Shown: positions 12,321 through 26,203 of the stretch, in pieces | Layout: each line of letters begins with the position of its first letter | How positions within the stretch are numbered: position 1 is the stretch's first letter | DNA from: Utricularia gibba | Lineage: Eukaryota; Plantae; Magnoliophyta | Assembly: GCA_002189035.1 (NCBI GenBank) | Contig: CM007990.1 | Coordinates: 1,302,001 to 1,366,000, forward strand | Direction of reading: 5' to 3' | Length of the DNA stretch: 64,000 nt | The notes under the pieces: model-generated | What the model was told of the DNA's origin: nothing | The model's database searches: none | What the model saw: the letters and a program-made list of their open reading frames with translations, nothing else | Position numbers and translations under genes: made by a program

Positions 12321-14918
12321 TCATAACCCCAACTTCACATTTAAAACGTACACAACTGACTTGAGATGGATTTCGCCTACTCTGTCAATAGACTGGAGTA
12401 GAGTAGATACAACCTGTTGATCTGGCACGACTCCAGAAAATAACATCATCCGCAGGAAATCAAGAGCATCTATTAGCAATGATCTATTGCACAGTCTATT
12501 AATTACAGCACTATAATCTCTGATGGAAACTTCAAAACCTTTTTCAGCCATTTCCTGAAAGAGTACCTTGGCCTTCCAACAATCTCCTTTCACACAAAGT
12601 GCTTTTATTAGAGTAGTGTATGCGAGTTTTGAGAGATCGGCCTTTTGGTATCTGAGATCAGAAAACAGTCTTTCAGCGTTCCCAATATTGTGATGCATGC
12701 ACAAACCATTAATCAAAATGTTGTAAGTGACAGAATCAGGGAAGATGCTGCTTCGAATCATGTAATCATGCAATTGAAATGCAATTTGAGAATTTCTAGC
12801 TTTAAAAGAAGCCTGGATAAGAGCGTTATAAGTTATTTGATCTGGAGCAAGACCCTTATTTAGCATACTCTGGAGAACAACCAGTGACTGTTGCAGCCTT
12901 TTTTCCTTGCAAAGCCCTTTCATAACCACTGTGTAAGTTACATGATTCAATTGAATTCCATTTGCCACCATCTTACCAACCAGCTTAAAGATGTCATCCA
13001 AGGTTCCTCCTTCAGCATGTTTATTCATAAAAGTGGTGTAAGTCCTAACATTTGGAAGTAACTTGTGCATTTTCATGCACTGTACCCATTTTTCAGCATC
13101 TTCTAGTTCTTCATATTTCAGTGACCCATATATTAAGGAATTAAAGGTAACGACAGTTGGAGTGATCCCTTTACCAACCAAATCTCTGTACAGCTCTTTA
13201 GCCTCATCCAGGTCACCTCGTTTGACATACTCATGGATCATTATATTGTACAACACAACATCCTGAACACAACCAGTACTCGTCATGGCACTGAAATAAC
13301 ACCTTGCTTCAGATAGTCGTCTCCTCCTGCATAATCGCAACAAAAAGGATCTGCATTGAAAAGAGCTTGGAATGACTCTCATTAGACACAGCTTCTTGTA
13401 GTGCTGTATTGCCTCCTGAACTTTTCCCAGCTTGCAAAGACCAAGAATTATTGTAGTATAGATGAAGAAATCTGGGTGCCAACCAGCATCTTTGAAGACG
13501 GAAATTAATCTCAGGGCATCTTGTAGCCGACCACTTCTACACAAACTGATAACAAGCACCCGGTGTGATATGTGGTTCAACTGAAGGCCCTTAGACAGCA
13601 TCTCATCTCTCAGCCTAAGCCCTTCCTCAGCATTTCCAGTTTCGCAATGCAGACAAATTTGTAATGTGTAAGTGAGAAGATCAGGTTCTGACTTACTGCA
13701 CAGTATTTTCTGTGGAAACTTCCAAGTTCCATTTTTATACCAACCAGCCGAGATCCTCTGGCGAGAATATCATAAGTTACTTCATCAGGCCCCAATCCCT
13801 GTGTTTCCATGTCACTAGCAAAAGCCAATGCTTCACTATATGAACCGATGACACACAGGCCATTAATTAGAATATTATAACTATAAGCATCCGGAGCTAA
13901 TCCATACTTCAACATCATAGCAAAAAAGGATTTTGCAATATCTACAAAGCCCAATCTACAAAAACCTGACATCAGCGTGTTCAAATTAATAACCGAAGGT
14001 CCAGCCTCCCTCTGTTCTATCTCCTCTAAAAATGGAATCGCTTCATGAATCAAGGATTGGCTGAGCATCCCATCCAGGACGATGGAATGAGAATAGTCAG
14101 TTGGATGAAGACCAGCGGCTTCAATGTCATGGTAGACATCCCACATCATATCAGAATGCCTCAAGTTATGCAGCAAGCTATTGAATGTAAAAATTGAAGG
14201 CTGCATATCCACATCCTTCATCTCTGAGAGCACATAAAGGGCATCCTTCACCAGGTTGATCCTAGAGTAAACAAAGCAAAGCATATCCCATACCAAAGAG
14301 GTAGAATCGCAATCCCTGAATTTCGTACGAAGAAAATCACAAATAGAGGGTGCGGATCCAGAACCTGCCATGAAACACCAAATATCAATCCAGCAAATTT
14401 GGAGGGACTTTCCGTCCACATTTTCTAAGGAAAAACAAAACAGCTACAACCAGAACACGAAGAGACTTCTTCCATGGCAAAAATTAACTAAAGACAGGCA
14501 AAAGAATACCTTTTACCTGCACCAGAGCTTCCAAAAGGCGCCGCAATTCACGTAACCATCTCCTTTCTGCAAGGAGATGACTCACAAAAAGCTGAGAATA
14601 CAGCGAATGCCGAACTCCATACTCGTTCTCAAGCAGAAAAAAGAATCTTAGAACATCTCGAGACTCTAACTGCTCAACAATGGCATCTATCTCATCACTG
14701 CTCAATCTGGGAATTTCATTCTTGAACCAAGATGATTCAAATAACCCAAAAGAATTGCAAGCCTTGGGAAATAAACGAAAGTAAGCCACGATTCGCCCCA
14801 CCGCGTCGTTCTGCTGCGTATCCACCAATGCTGCAGCGCCGGCGTAGGTGAAAGGACTCTTCCGTATCAAATGCGAGTGGGGAAACAGAAGGCGTCGAAT
14901 GGCATGCGTTCGTAACAT
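12321..14918 (-). CDS. P-class pentatricopeptide repeat protein (At1g13630-like) with an apparent 1-nt frameshift
   Basis: Exon 1 (14918-14510), intron 14509-14365, then a long exon 14364-12321 with many PPR motifs (PDAYSYNILINGLC, PTVVTFNSLIYG, PDQITYNALIQA). The frame breaks at the T5 run 13732-13736. Confidence 0.9.
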
Positions 14919-14984
14919 CGAGCATCGTGGCCGACGCTGAAGGTGGCCGCAGAAGGCGCCAGAAAGTTCGGGCCACAGGTGTTG

Positions 14985-15215
14985 CAGTAGGGTTTAAGAG
15001 ATTAGGGGCAATTCAGCAGCATCGCAGCGATTTAGGGTTTATTCCCAAAAAACGACGTCGTACAATCACACACACATCAATGGGCTAAGATGCGGTGGCA
15101 AGTCCAGTATGCCACAATTTCTTACTGCAGTCCGAATATGTAATGGGCCGGCCCAGTTTGTGTTCTCAAATTAGGCCCAGGGAATTGGCAGTTAGTAACT
15201 ATTAACTAGGGTTAC
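14985..15215. promoter_or_regulatory. Housekeeping-type promoter with telo-boxes and site II elements upstream of the PPR gene
   Basis: TAGGGTTT/TAGGGTTA at about 14988, 15033 and 15206; TGGGCT/TGGGCC/GGCCCA at about 15081-15180. Confidence 0.55.
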
Positions 15216-16453
15216 AGAGCTGCCCGTGGGCAGACAAGCGAGGAATCCAAGGTTCTTTCAAGTGGTAAGAATGGGATTCTCTCTCTGGTTGTTTGTTGGC
15301 GGTCTTCTCCTCACCCATGCATAATCCATCGTCACCACCTCTGATTTCTGCACTTCTTCATTCCATGCTTTGCATTTCCCTACTCCATTCCCACCTTCTT
15401 CTCCCTTTCCTGCCCCACCATCCAGAAAAATGGAGAGGAAAACGTGGAAGATCAGGCTTTTACGGTTTGTTTAGCCTTAGAATTCTGATAGACTTTTCAA
15501 AAGAGAGAATGATGTACCTGGAGAAGGTGAAGCTTGTTTCTTCATGGTGAAGTTGTCTGCCTGAGGGCAAAATCGTGTTGGGATGAGACAGCTGCATTTT
15601 ATCAGACAAGCAATGTAAATTTTGTTCCTCACAGTTGCTGATTCGTGAACTCTGAGGTTCTGCTGATTAGGGCTGGCTTCTTCATTGGTGGCAGGAACGG
15701 CTACATGAAAAGTGAACAAGTTATATGGCAAACAAGGGACACACTAGAGGAGCAATGGGAACTCATTACCAGAAGCAATCAGAAGCAGACAGCACAGGGC
15801 TACTTGAGCCAGCAATTCCATTACAAATAGAAGGAAGTAGCAGTCTTTGAAACTCGCTCTTAAGATGAAAGGAAGAGAGCAGAAGAGTCATGCATAGTAA
15901 AGGAAGGTAGTTATGGTGATGGTTTTTGTTCTACTCCAGTTGGTGGGACCTGGAAATCTCTAGTTTTTAGACAAACAAACAACTTTTATATGTAAAGCAA
16001 AAACCAGAAATGCAGAGTTCATTGGGGAGATGACTAATGATTCTTGGATGAATGCTCCCTTCAGTTAAGATTCAGGTCCCGACAATGAAATCTTACATGT
16101 CATCATATCCATAACGCATTTGCAAGGGATTCAGCTTCAGTTTTGGTTGGAAAGAAAAAAAGAAGGGGAATATAGTGAATAACAAACAGCTCTAGAACAT
16201 AGACCATGCCTCACAAAATTACACTACAGAAGAAGAGAAATATACAAACACCTATGAATTGATCAAGCACGAAGATTTCGTGGACAAGACCAACAAAATA
16301 ACAAAATAATGAAGTACAAGAAATTTATAAAGCCATCCTGGAGAAACAATTACGAATGAAGCAAACCAAGGCTACAGTATATTGACATGTATAGCAAAGA
16401 AACCAACGGATCTCTCTCTATATTCAACATGTATCTACATTGATATCACCAGA

Positions 16454-18078
16454 TTAAAATCTACAGCAGAAGATGCCAGATCTCCAGCCTCTGTGTTTCC
16501 TATAATGTCTACGATCGGCTTTTGCCATTTTGACAGGACTGCTATTCCATTCAGAGGGTAGTCTGCAAAATGTTTTCTGTGGTTAGTAAGACTGAGCTCC
16601 GTGGAATTCATGAGAGGCTAAGAATAGGAAGGAACCATACATCGGGAAGGCAAAAGATCTGCCACTTATACTGCCATCAGAGCGCATGGAGATGTTCCCT
16701 GGCTGTGGTATAGGTTCAATGTAGGCAACCAGATTCGCTTTTGAGAAGCTAGTCTCTCCCTCATCATATTTTCCTTGGTAGAGAACTGCATCATTAAGTG
16801 AGTTATCTTTCTCATGCTTGGCTTGCCCATCAGTGTTCTTGCTGCTGACATGTTGAGATACCCCATCAGGCGACACCGCATCCCGGGGTTTTCCATCCTT
16901 GCCTGGGGATTGCTGAGGGCCACTTCTGTGGATTACATTTTCCCCATTACCATTACTGGAATATGTTGAGGGGGTAAAATCAGGACTGCGGTCTGTTTGC
17001 TCATCTGCTGACAACCCTGCTACAGGCAATGCTGATATTTCGGAAGGAATCTGGTCAACCGCAGAGTATAAACCACGTTAACTCATCATGATTAATAGAG
17101 ACGTGCATGAAGAAAACAAAAGTTAGCTGTATAAGCCTCCTGGGAAAGTTGGTTTACCTTAGCTCCCTCGTCGCTGAAGGAGGTTAAAAAGGATCTGAAG
17201 ATTCTTGCAGTTCCATATGCTTGAGATGGAAGCTTACTACCTAGAAATGCATCATTCCTAGGAACATCAGACACTTTTTTGGCAGCTGTCTCTATGTTCG
17301 ATTCATGTTCAAGCACTGCGTTCACTGAACCATGGAATTTAGGTGCATCATGGCCAAAGGAGTTCGTTAGTTCGGACTTGAAACTTTCTTGAGCATTCAG
17401 TTGACCATTGGCATCATCGTCAGTGGAAGAACTCTCATAAGCATGACCTGGGGATCGATATGACACTGAAGGTTCCACATCAGATCCACCTTCTGTGCTA
17501 CCATATCTAAATGCGTCAGAAGAATTAGGAATGAAAGTGCTCGACTGATCATTCTTTGAACTTCCGACAGAAAACTTGTCCACCGGATCCACCTCGTCCA
17601 CACATATATCCTTCAAAACATGCTTGGTCATTCCTTCCCGGCTATCTACTGAATCCAATGTATCACATTCCAGTACCCTTTTGTCGCTATAGGATGCAAC
17701 ATCTGGCTGAATCGATGAAGTTGTCTTGCTGGAGTTCATATTGTCTAGACTATTCTGGCCTTTCTTCCTCTCACTAAAAACGTATAGTGATGAATTTGTA
17801 TTTCTCCCAATGCTTGGCTTGCGTGATAGCTCACTACGATATTCTGCTCCTGAAGAATCTCTGCTTCCATGTTCATCGCTAGCAGAAAAGTTGGTGGGAG
17901 AAGAGATCCAACTCGGTGCATCTCCACCTTCTGACTTGACAAATGGCCGAGCCGTGTCACCTTTATGTTCACAAGCTATCTCGTATGCTTCCTTACTTTC
18001 AGAAGTATAGGAATTAGCTTCGCCCCAGAGCGTCCCATTGCTGTAAATCATCGTGTTCTTGTTTCCTATCGATCTCAT
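16454..18078 (-). CDS. gar2-related / BASL-like protein (At2g03810/At1g13650 family)
   Basis: Exons 18078-17158, 17050-16641 and 16562-16454 join in frame. Family motifs: KHVLKDICVDE, ISMRSDGSISGRSFAFPILPSEWNSSPVKMAKADRR and C-terminal GIFCCRF*. The start codon and 5' leader exons (to about 19570) are uncertain. Confidence 0.8.
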
Positions 18079-21000
18079 ATCCCCTGCAGCTTGTTCATGG
18101 ATGCTGCAAGTATATGAAGACTGTTAAATCCTACAGTAACAAACTGGAATGCAGACAGATATGAATCATTACCAAATGTCGCATCAGTTGGAAGAGTCAG
18201 GAGAATCCACAAGTTTTATCTGGGAAGCATGCATTAGGCGAGGGTCGAGCAGAACATGTTCTATAAGAGGAAGAGTTAAAGCTAGCAAGTTCTCTTCATC
18301 ATGAACCACAAAGCTCATGGAAAAGTACACATACCTGACAATGCCGAATCCAACAGAAATGAGATTTTTTCTGGTAAAAAGCGCATGGTTTCTGTCACAA
18401 AGATCACCAAAATCAAAGGAAGTTGTACAATACACATTTAAATCACACACCAATGCATAGAAGTATGGTAGGAAAAAACGAATTGCGCATTGATAAGCAA
18501 CAGGCATACACAACAACAAACAACTCATACAACTGCCGTTCTTGATGTACTACTCATTTCCTCCCTAATTTACCAAAGCAAGCATTTTCTGTGAAAAGGG
18601 GACCCAATTCTTGAAGATGCGAAGCAAAAAGTAAAAAAAAAAAAACTTTAGGTGGAAAATGCGACACCATATTAGAATTTTTTTAATCACTGCAAGGGAG
18701 TAGAAAGCAGAGAGGTTCTCTAACAGGAGAATCTTCCTTTTTGTCAAAAGGTCACGGAAGAAGACAAGAAAATGTCCCAATTTTCCAAACATCCTGCAAA
18801 TTCTTGACACCCATGTATGAAGTGCTCCTCTTTTGAACCCATATCTCTTGACTTATCCCATTCGATTTTGTCACATGCCTCTTTCACTGACACGCACACC
18901 CACACACAATATTCGTCTAGATCTACTCCCACACATCATACCCTGCCGCTCATCCCTGTCCTAATCCCATGACCCAATTCAGATTTGCTACAATACAAGA
19001 AAACCACCTGGCGCAAGTGTCCTCTATTCCCAGAAACCCCAGTTCCTAAAGGTATCATAAGCCAGAAAAGCGTAAGCTTCCAGGGCATGGCAGGAAATCA
19101 ATTAACCTCTTTTCTGTCTTCCCTTGTTTTTCCACTGCCTTCTTTCAAACCCTATAGAAAAAAGCAAGAAATCAAAACCAAGCCAGTAATCTCTCTCAGA
19201 CATTTTAACAAACACAAAACAGATCCGCAACAAGAAACCACTGAAACGATCCAACATCAAAGGATCCCTACAACTCAGGTCATACAGCACCACCCCACAA
19301 GCCAAGAAAGAGAGACTAGAGTATAGGTGCGTGAAAGAGAAGCAACCTTCTCAAATTTAAGACCAAAAAAAGCACCCTCCTCCCCCGTTCAGACGGAGCT
19401 TGCCTCCCCGCCCCACCGGCCGTTACCTTGAAGCGTACAGGTACAGAGAGATACAAAGCTACAGATACAGATACACATAAATAGATACTCCCATTGCATC
19501 ACACAGACAGATGGAGACACCGAGACCCGCACTACTGCCACACAGAAAAGCAAAGCTCCCTTTATCGCCATAAAAACATTTATTTTTTCTCCTAAAAAAG
19601 GAAATTAAAAAAAGTCAACTTTTTTTGTTAAATAGGACGAGGTTGTGGTAGAAATTAGACAAAATGTACTGGCGAACAATTCAATAAACTGTCCCCTCAC
19701 ATTCACCCATCAAAATCAATCACTATATATGCTATTAAATAAATAAATATTTTTATATAAAAATATTTAATTATTTTTGGAAAAATGAATTTTTATTTTT
19801 TTTATTTATTATATATTTAAGTCCTCCCATTTTCCTACTTTTGGAGAATATAATTATTCTGATTATTCAACTTTTATTTTTTCCAATAATTAATATTAAG
19901 TGTTTGACACAACTTCAAATTCAATAAAAATAATTTTAGAATTAATTCTAAAACAAAACTAGTACTATTTTAGCTCTATATCAGAAACACTAAAGTATTC
20001 AATTTTTTGAGAAGATAATTGATTTCTGCTCCAATAAAAATTTAAATGATTTTAGAATCAGTTTTTCAGAATTGTTTTTTGAAGTTGCATCAGATAGACA
20101 TTAAATATTATTATTTTTATTAATATTAATGATGTGAAGATGAGAGAGAGAGGAGTTGGAGGGGCAAAAGGGTCATTAAGAGAGGAATAGGCGAACCGGA
20201 CAGCACCACCATCTCGAAAAAGAAAAGTTAGTCAGTGGGACCACCACGTGTTCAAAGAGAGGTGGGTAAGTGTTAATTTACCAGGCCCACCCTCGTATCC
20301 ATTTACCACTCTACCCTCAACTCACCACCACCCTTCCCATTAGTAACCGCCCCGGGGATCCATCATGAGACAGGTCTTTTGGTCCACATCTGTCTCAATT
20401 CTCATCCCTCCCCCTCCAAAAATGAAATATTCTAAAAAAAAGTAGCATTTAAAAGAAGTGGGTGTTCTGTTTTTTTTAATCTTTAATTAAATTATATAGA
20501 ATAAAATCAGTTTAAAGATTTTATTAATATATTTAATTTTTATACTTAAAACTAGATAGTCTCATAATATAAAATTATATTATAGATTTTAATATATTAA
20601 TTTGTATATTAAAAATTTCAATAGATGAAATTATTGTATAGTTTAAGTTGATAATGTAAATCTATTTTTGATGTTTATAGAAAGTGAATATTATAATTTT
20701 TTAATTAATGTTTTATTTAATCACTTAATCAGAAATTCAATCTTTTTTAAAAAGTTAATCATATAATCTAAATTTCTAATTTTCTCACGAAACATTATAA
20801 GATTGGAGTCTAAAAAATTAAACAAAATCACTTCAAAAAATTCTAAATTTCAAAAATCCATCTATTTTTTCAAATTTAAATCTACAAACTAGACTGCATT
20901 TTATCTTAAATTATATAAAATAAAGTTTTGATTTAAATTGTGTTTGTCCAATAAAATGATTTAAAAATAAATTATTAATAATTTTCTTCAATTAAATAAA

Positions 21001-24000
21001 TGTTCCACAAATTGTGCGGTGATCCGCAACACTAGGAACATGTTGCGCCAACTAGACAACGCGATGTCACCACAATGCACAGACAATCAGTTCGGATCCC
21101 CCTGTTCTTTGTCTGATCCGGATCCGGATCCGGGATTTTGTTGTAATGAATATGAGTATATTTTAGGAAAGTGAGTACTTGGATTACTGGATACGGGTTC
21201 GGGTATGTGAATGAGCAAATCATAAAATAGTCTCAATTATTATTTATTATAGTAAAAACTAATAACATAATAATATGTAATAAAATTAAAATAATGTATA
21301 GTATTACGAATTCATTTGATAGAATATTTTATAATTTACATGATCCTAAATATGAATGGAATTAATTTATAACAAAATAAATAAAAAAATATAACTTTTT
21401 TATAAGAAATATTACTTAATATATATTTATTCACCATGCATTTAATAAAAAGATTCATAATTTAAATTATACACAATCTAATAAAATACTAATAATTAAT
21501 TATTTATATTCAATTATTTATCATGTGTTAGCAAAAAATATAAATGTACTTGATGAAAATTAAAATAAAAAATTATTGAGATATCTAATATATGATATTA
21601 TATATTATCATATGGACACTCACCGCATAAATTATCAATATTTTTTACTTCAATCATTTTTATCCATATTGTTTAAATATCATTTATAATTGATCATTAA
21701 TATTTAAAAACTTAATATATTTGATCAATTGTTTAATAATGTAACAAAATTCATCATTTTTTTCAAACATTATTCGCTACCGACCACCACCGGCAGCACC
21801 CCTGCCATTTGGGGAACTGCCGGCAGTGGCGGTGGTCAGCGGCCGCCGAACAGTCCTCGGAGGTCGGTCGAAAATGGAAATATTGAATTAGGGAAAAAAT
21901 TAAGATTTAAAATTAGGAATTGATTTTGCCATTACTGTAAATAGTATAAACTATTTTTACTCAATTTTAAAACAGTAGGAATTAATTATAAATAGTTTTG
22001 AAATAATAGATACTAAAACACTATTTTAAAGATCAATTATACCATTGAAAAAAATACTAAAGAATATTGTTGTAATTTTTCCATTATTATATACACACGC
22101 CGAACGTGCATAAGATTCGTCCTATGTACGGGGGGAAGACATAAGCCTATTTCCATAAAACAGATTAAAAAATTGTAAAAAAATAATGATAATTTTCAAG
22201 TATTTTATTGGGGAAATGCATTATAATCCCTTAATTTTCAAAATCATGGTGGCGGCTTGTTACAGGCATAGGGAGGAAGCCCTCAACGCAAAAATAATTG
22301 ATGACAATGAGTTCTTCCCTTATTTAATTCATTAATTAATATCACAATGATTGAATTCTCACAATTTTATTTAAACCGCAAAAAAAAAAAAACGACATGG
22401 GATTCCATTTCGACACTGAATCAACTTTGGCACAAATTGAAAAACGAATGCGCGTTTTTCAAATTGTATGTAAGTGGTTTTTCATAATCATTCAATATTT
22501 TGGTAATTAGATCGTATGGATTTGTTTTTTTTTTGATAGTTTACTAAATTGGTTCTGTTTAATTTTTAAAACGTATAATATTTAACAATTTTATAGTAAA
22601 ATAAAAAATTTAAATTTTTTAATTAACTTTATAAATATTCAATTTATCGAATCTTAATTAAAAAAATTATAATAATTACTTTTTATTTATTATAAAAATA
22701 CCTTCATATCATAATATTTAATTGTACAATAATTTACATTATATATTTTATTTTACTAAATTTTATAAAATAATTTTACAATTTATCAAATTAATTTATT
22801 CACATAATTTCAAAATTAATTCTAATATACATAATCTAAATCACAACTCCAAATTCCATAAGTGACGATGTATGGGTATCGGAAAACTATTTGATTTCAT
22901 TTATATTTTCAAAAAAGAGAGATAAATAAAGACAAAAAAGGTATAAAGTCATTTTTTTTCATAATTACTAATTCGGTATGAATAACAAACTCCCAACTGT
23001 TCCTTATTTGAAAATATCCTAGAAATATAAATAGAATCTAGAAAATAAAATAAATAAAAACTGCATATATTTTATTTTTATATCTAAATAAAGACAAAAA
23101 GCGTAATCCAATCTACTTTCAATTGGTCGCGATGTTGGCATGGGATGCCATATTTTCAACATTTTTGTCGTGCAAGGGTGGGAGATGAACCTTATCCATC
23201 TACTTGGCAGCGGACATTAAATTCCATCGCTACACGTTATTGTAGTAATAATGGTGACGTATTATTCAATTATTGTAATAATAATAGTAATAATAATCAT
23301 GATGATACTTATTGGGAATGCCTCACCACCACGAGTGGCACGTTTATTCATATTAGATAATGTTTTAGTGTACTGAATTAATAGAGTTTTAAGTAAGAAT
23401 TATAAATTATGTCATCATTATTTAACGAATTTAAATTAATTTTTTTAATCTCATGTAAAATAGTTTATTTTAATACATATTCTATTATTTTGTCGAGTTT
23501 TATAGCTAAAATATAATTCCAAAAGTTCTCACTAAATAAATATTATTTAAACAATTAAATTAATTTTTTTTTATTTATGTCAACCAAATATTATCTTATT
23601 TTTTAAAAATGGAATTAAATCCAGTCACCTATTTATTCAGGTTCTTGTTGAATATTTTTTACAATGGATTGAATTCAAAAAATAAAATAATTATCTAATT
23701 TATTTTTTTTAATTTCAGTATTTTTAATTTTTATAAAATTATTGAATTTAACACGCTATGCCTTAGTAAATCTTGCGTATTTAATCAAACAGGATAATTT
23801 ATTTTTTTCTTAATTTATTTTTCAATTAATTTAGGAGGACGAAATAATTGTTATTATTTGGAAATGCAGAAGTTACGTTAATAGTGAAAATGCAAAATAT
23901 TTGGGCCTTTTTTAACCTACAAAATGGGCTGTTATCATGTGGGCCGAAACAGAACCCGTACCATTGGGCCCTAAAATTTTTTGTATTGAATTTTTATTAA

Positions 24001-24763
24001 GTGAAATTTTATAAAAGAAAAAATATTTACAATAAATTATCACCGAAAATTGATGGTTTGCACCTTTATTTTTAAAATAAAACGAAATTCTTATTAATTT
24101 TTATTTCATATTAGATAATAAATCTATTTTCGAAACGTGTTTTTAAAATTAAAAACACTTATAAACCCGTCTAAATAGATGTTTATTCGTCGGTATCTAG
24201 GGAATATTTCAAATAGCATTTCAACATTGCAGATATAGGATTTAATCTACGAACTTAACATGCTATCCTAGTGACGAGCCATTATCATATAAGGTTTATA
24301 AGCCACCTACATGTAATGATACAAATAATATTTTAAATGATCAAAAAAATCATAAATCGGGTATACAAAAGATTTGTGATTTAAGAAGTGGAGTATTTTT
24401 GTATCTAAACATGTACCCTCTCTCGTCCATAACCAATGTATAAAATTGTACCCAACTTATTAACCATAATGGAAGTTTGCATGTCATGGATCATGGGTTT
24501 GCATTTTCTTCTCAGAATTTGAAGGTTTGCATGTCATGGCAGAATGTGAATGAGGAACAATGGCACTGTATCATGGAACAGTGAGTCCTTTTCATAATAT
24601 TGATACTTCCATGTTTTGCCACTTAATGCATAGGAACAACAGAGGACAATCGCATGGAGCCGAAGGCTGATGCACAGATACATAGTATTATAGAGTCTGA
24701 TTCATGGTTTAGGACGAATCCATTACCACAGTTCCTTGTTCCAGTTGCGAATCCTGATGATGA

Positions 24764-26203
24764 TCAAGCAGTGAAGCAACCAAGGTGGCATGAATAGAGG
24801 GAATCCAGAGTGAGATCAAGCTCATTTCCTGTTGCTTCTGCTGCATCATCGAAGGCTCCTCCTCTGCAACCAAGAAGGGTGACGAAGGAGCATTTATGGT
24901 GCTGTTCTGGGATGCAAATGATGGGAAGTTCAGTGAAGTTGAAGAAGGTTATGGTACCCCATGGTCATGAGGAGCGGGGTTGGGAGCTGCAGCGCGGTGG
25001 CGCACTGGCTTCTCTGCTCCATCTCCTTCTCCTTCTCCTTGATCTTCTTAGTCAGGATGCTGTTTTGTTCTTGTATTGCCTTCTCCTGATCACAGACACA
25101 CATACTTCAGTGTTCTTGATCATGGGAACGTTGAAATGAAGGAGCTCATACCTTGCGCTGAAGATCAGATATGGATTCATATATCACCTGATTCTGCAGC
25201 AAGGAATAAAAACACAATGAAAGAGTTCTGCATTCTGCTCACTACAACACAAAGGAAAAGTGCATACTTTTCTTGTTCTTATACTCTTGAGAGCAGTATC
25301 AAGCTGCTGCTCCAGGTTCTGGAGATCCTTCATGCTCATGGAGTTGAGATCTTCACCCATGTAGTGCCTATCCACCACGGAGCAACGTGTGACACTAAAG
25401 CTTAATCATCCATTTGGGACGATGACGGTTAATTTTACCTGTGATTCCTCTGCAGCAGCTCGATCCTAGCCTTGAGTTTGCTGTACTCAAAGGTCCAATT
25501 TGCCTGAAACCCCACAAAAGAATCATTACAAGAAACCCTATAAACAGAAAACGCCCAAGGGTGGATCTGCCATTACCGGAGAAGTGGGCTCATTAGCGAC
25601 TAAGTGCCTCTCCGCAAAGGAATACCTCTCGTACTTCTCCAGTATCCTGTCCATGCTGTTCCGTGCGTTCCATGAACGCAGATAAAAAGAAGAAGACAAG
25701 AGAAATCAACGCAGGCGTGCATTCTCAATATCCATTGGATAAAACAGTGCACAGTACTCATATCCCATGCTTTCACGCAATGAAAGTGTTTTTATTTTCT
25801 AAAGCACCCACAGTGAGCGTAAGCAACACAGTACACCCCCATCCTAGATCTCGTCCAAGAACTCGGATTCACATCTAGATACCCAAGATTTTGTTTCAAA
25901 AAAACCCAAAAACCCTAGTTCTCTGGGAATCCGAACGACGAGAGGTGAATCGTTACAGATCTAGGAAAGAAGGGAGAAAACCCTAGCTGTAAGCTGTAAA
26001 GAAGGAGGCTTTCCTTACCATGAATCACTTGCATACTCGAAGAGCTTCCCCTTGTGGGAGAACACAATCAGTCCAACTTCAGCATCACAGAGAATTGAGA
26101 TCTCATGTGCCTTCTTCAGCAGCCCAGCTCTTCTCTTGGAGAAGGTAACCTGCCTGTTGATCTTATTCTCAATTCTCTTCAGCTGAACCTTTCCTCTCCC
26201 CAT
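24764..26203 (-). CDS. AP1: euAP1-clade MIKC MADS-box transcription factor (APETALA1/SQUAMOSA), 232 aa, 7 exons
   Basis: Exons 26203-26019 (185), 25655-25577 (79), 25503-25439 (65), 25367-25268 (100), 25193-25152 (42), 25085-24958 (128) and 24863-24764 (100). MADS box [25 protein letters not shown]; C-terminus [20 protein letters not shown] is the euAP1 motif with a CaaX box. Confidence 0.96.

Noticed and set aside
15505-15565. Possible C/D box snoRNA (ATGATGT...CTGA)
   Set aside because: The C box is imperfect, the span is only about 55 nt, and there is no terminal stem or recognisable rRNA antisense element.
18121-18184. Extra 5' coding exon MRHL for the gar2-related gene
   Set aside because: The in-frame acceptor would need a 52-nt intron, too short for a plant; the 89-nt alternative is out of frame.
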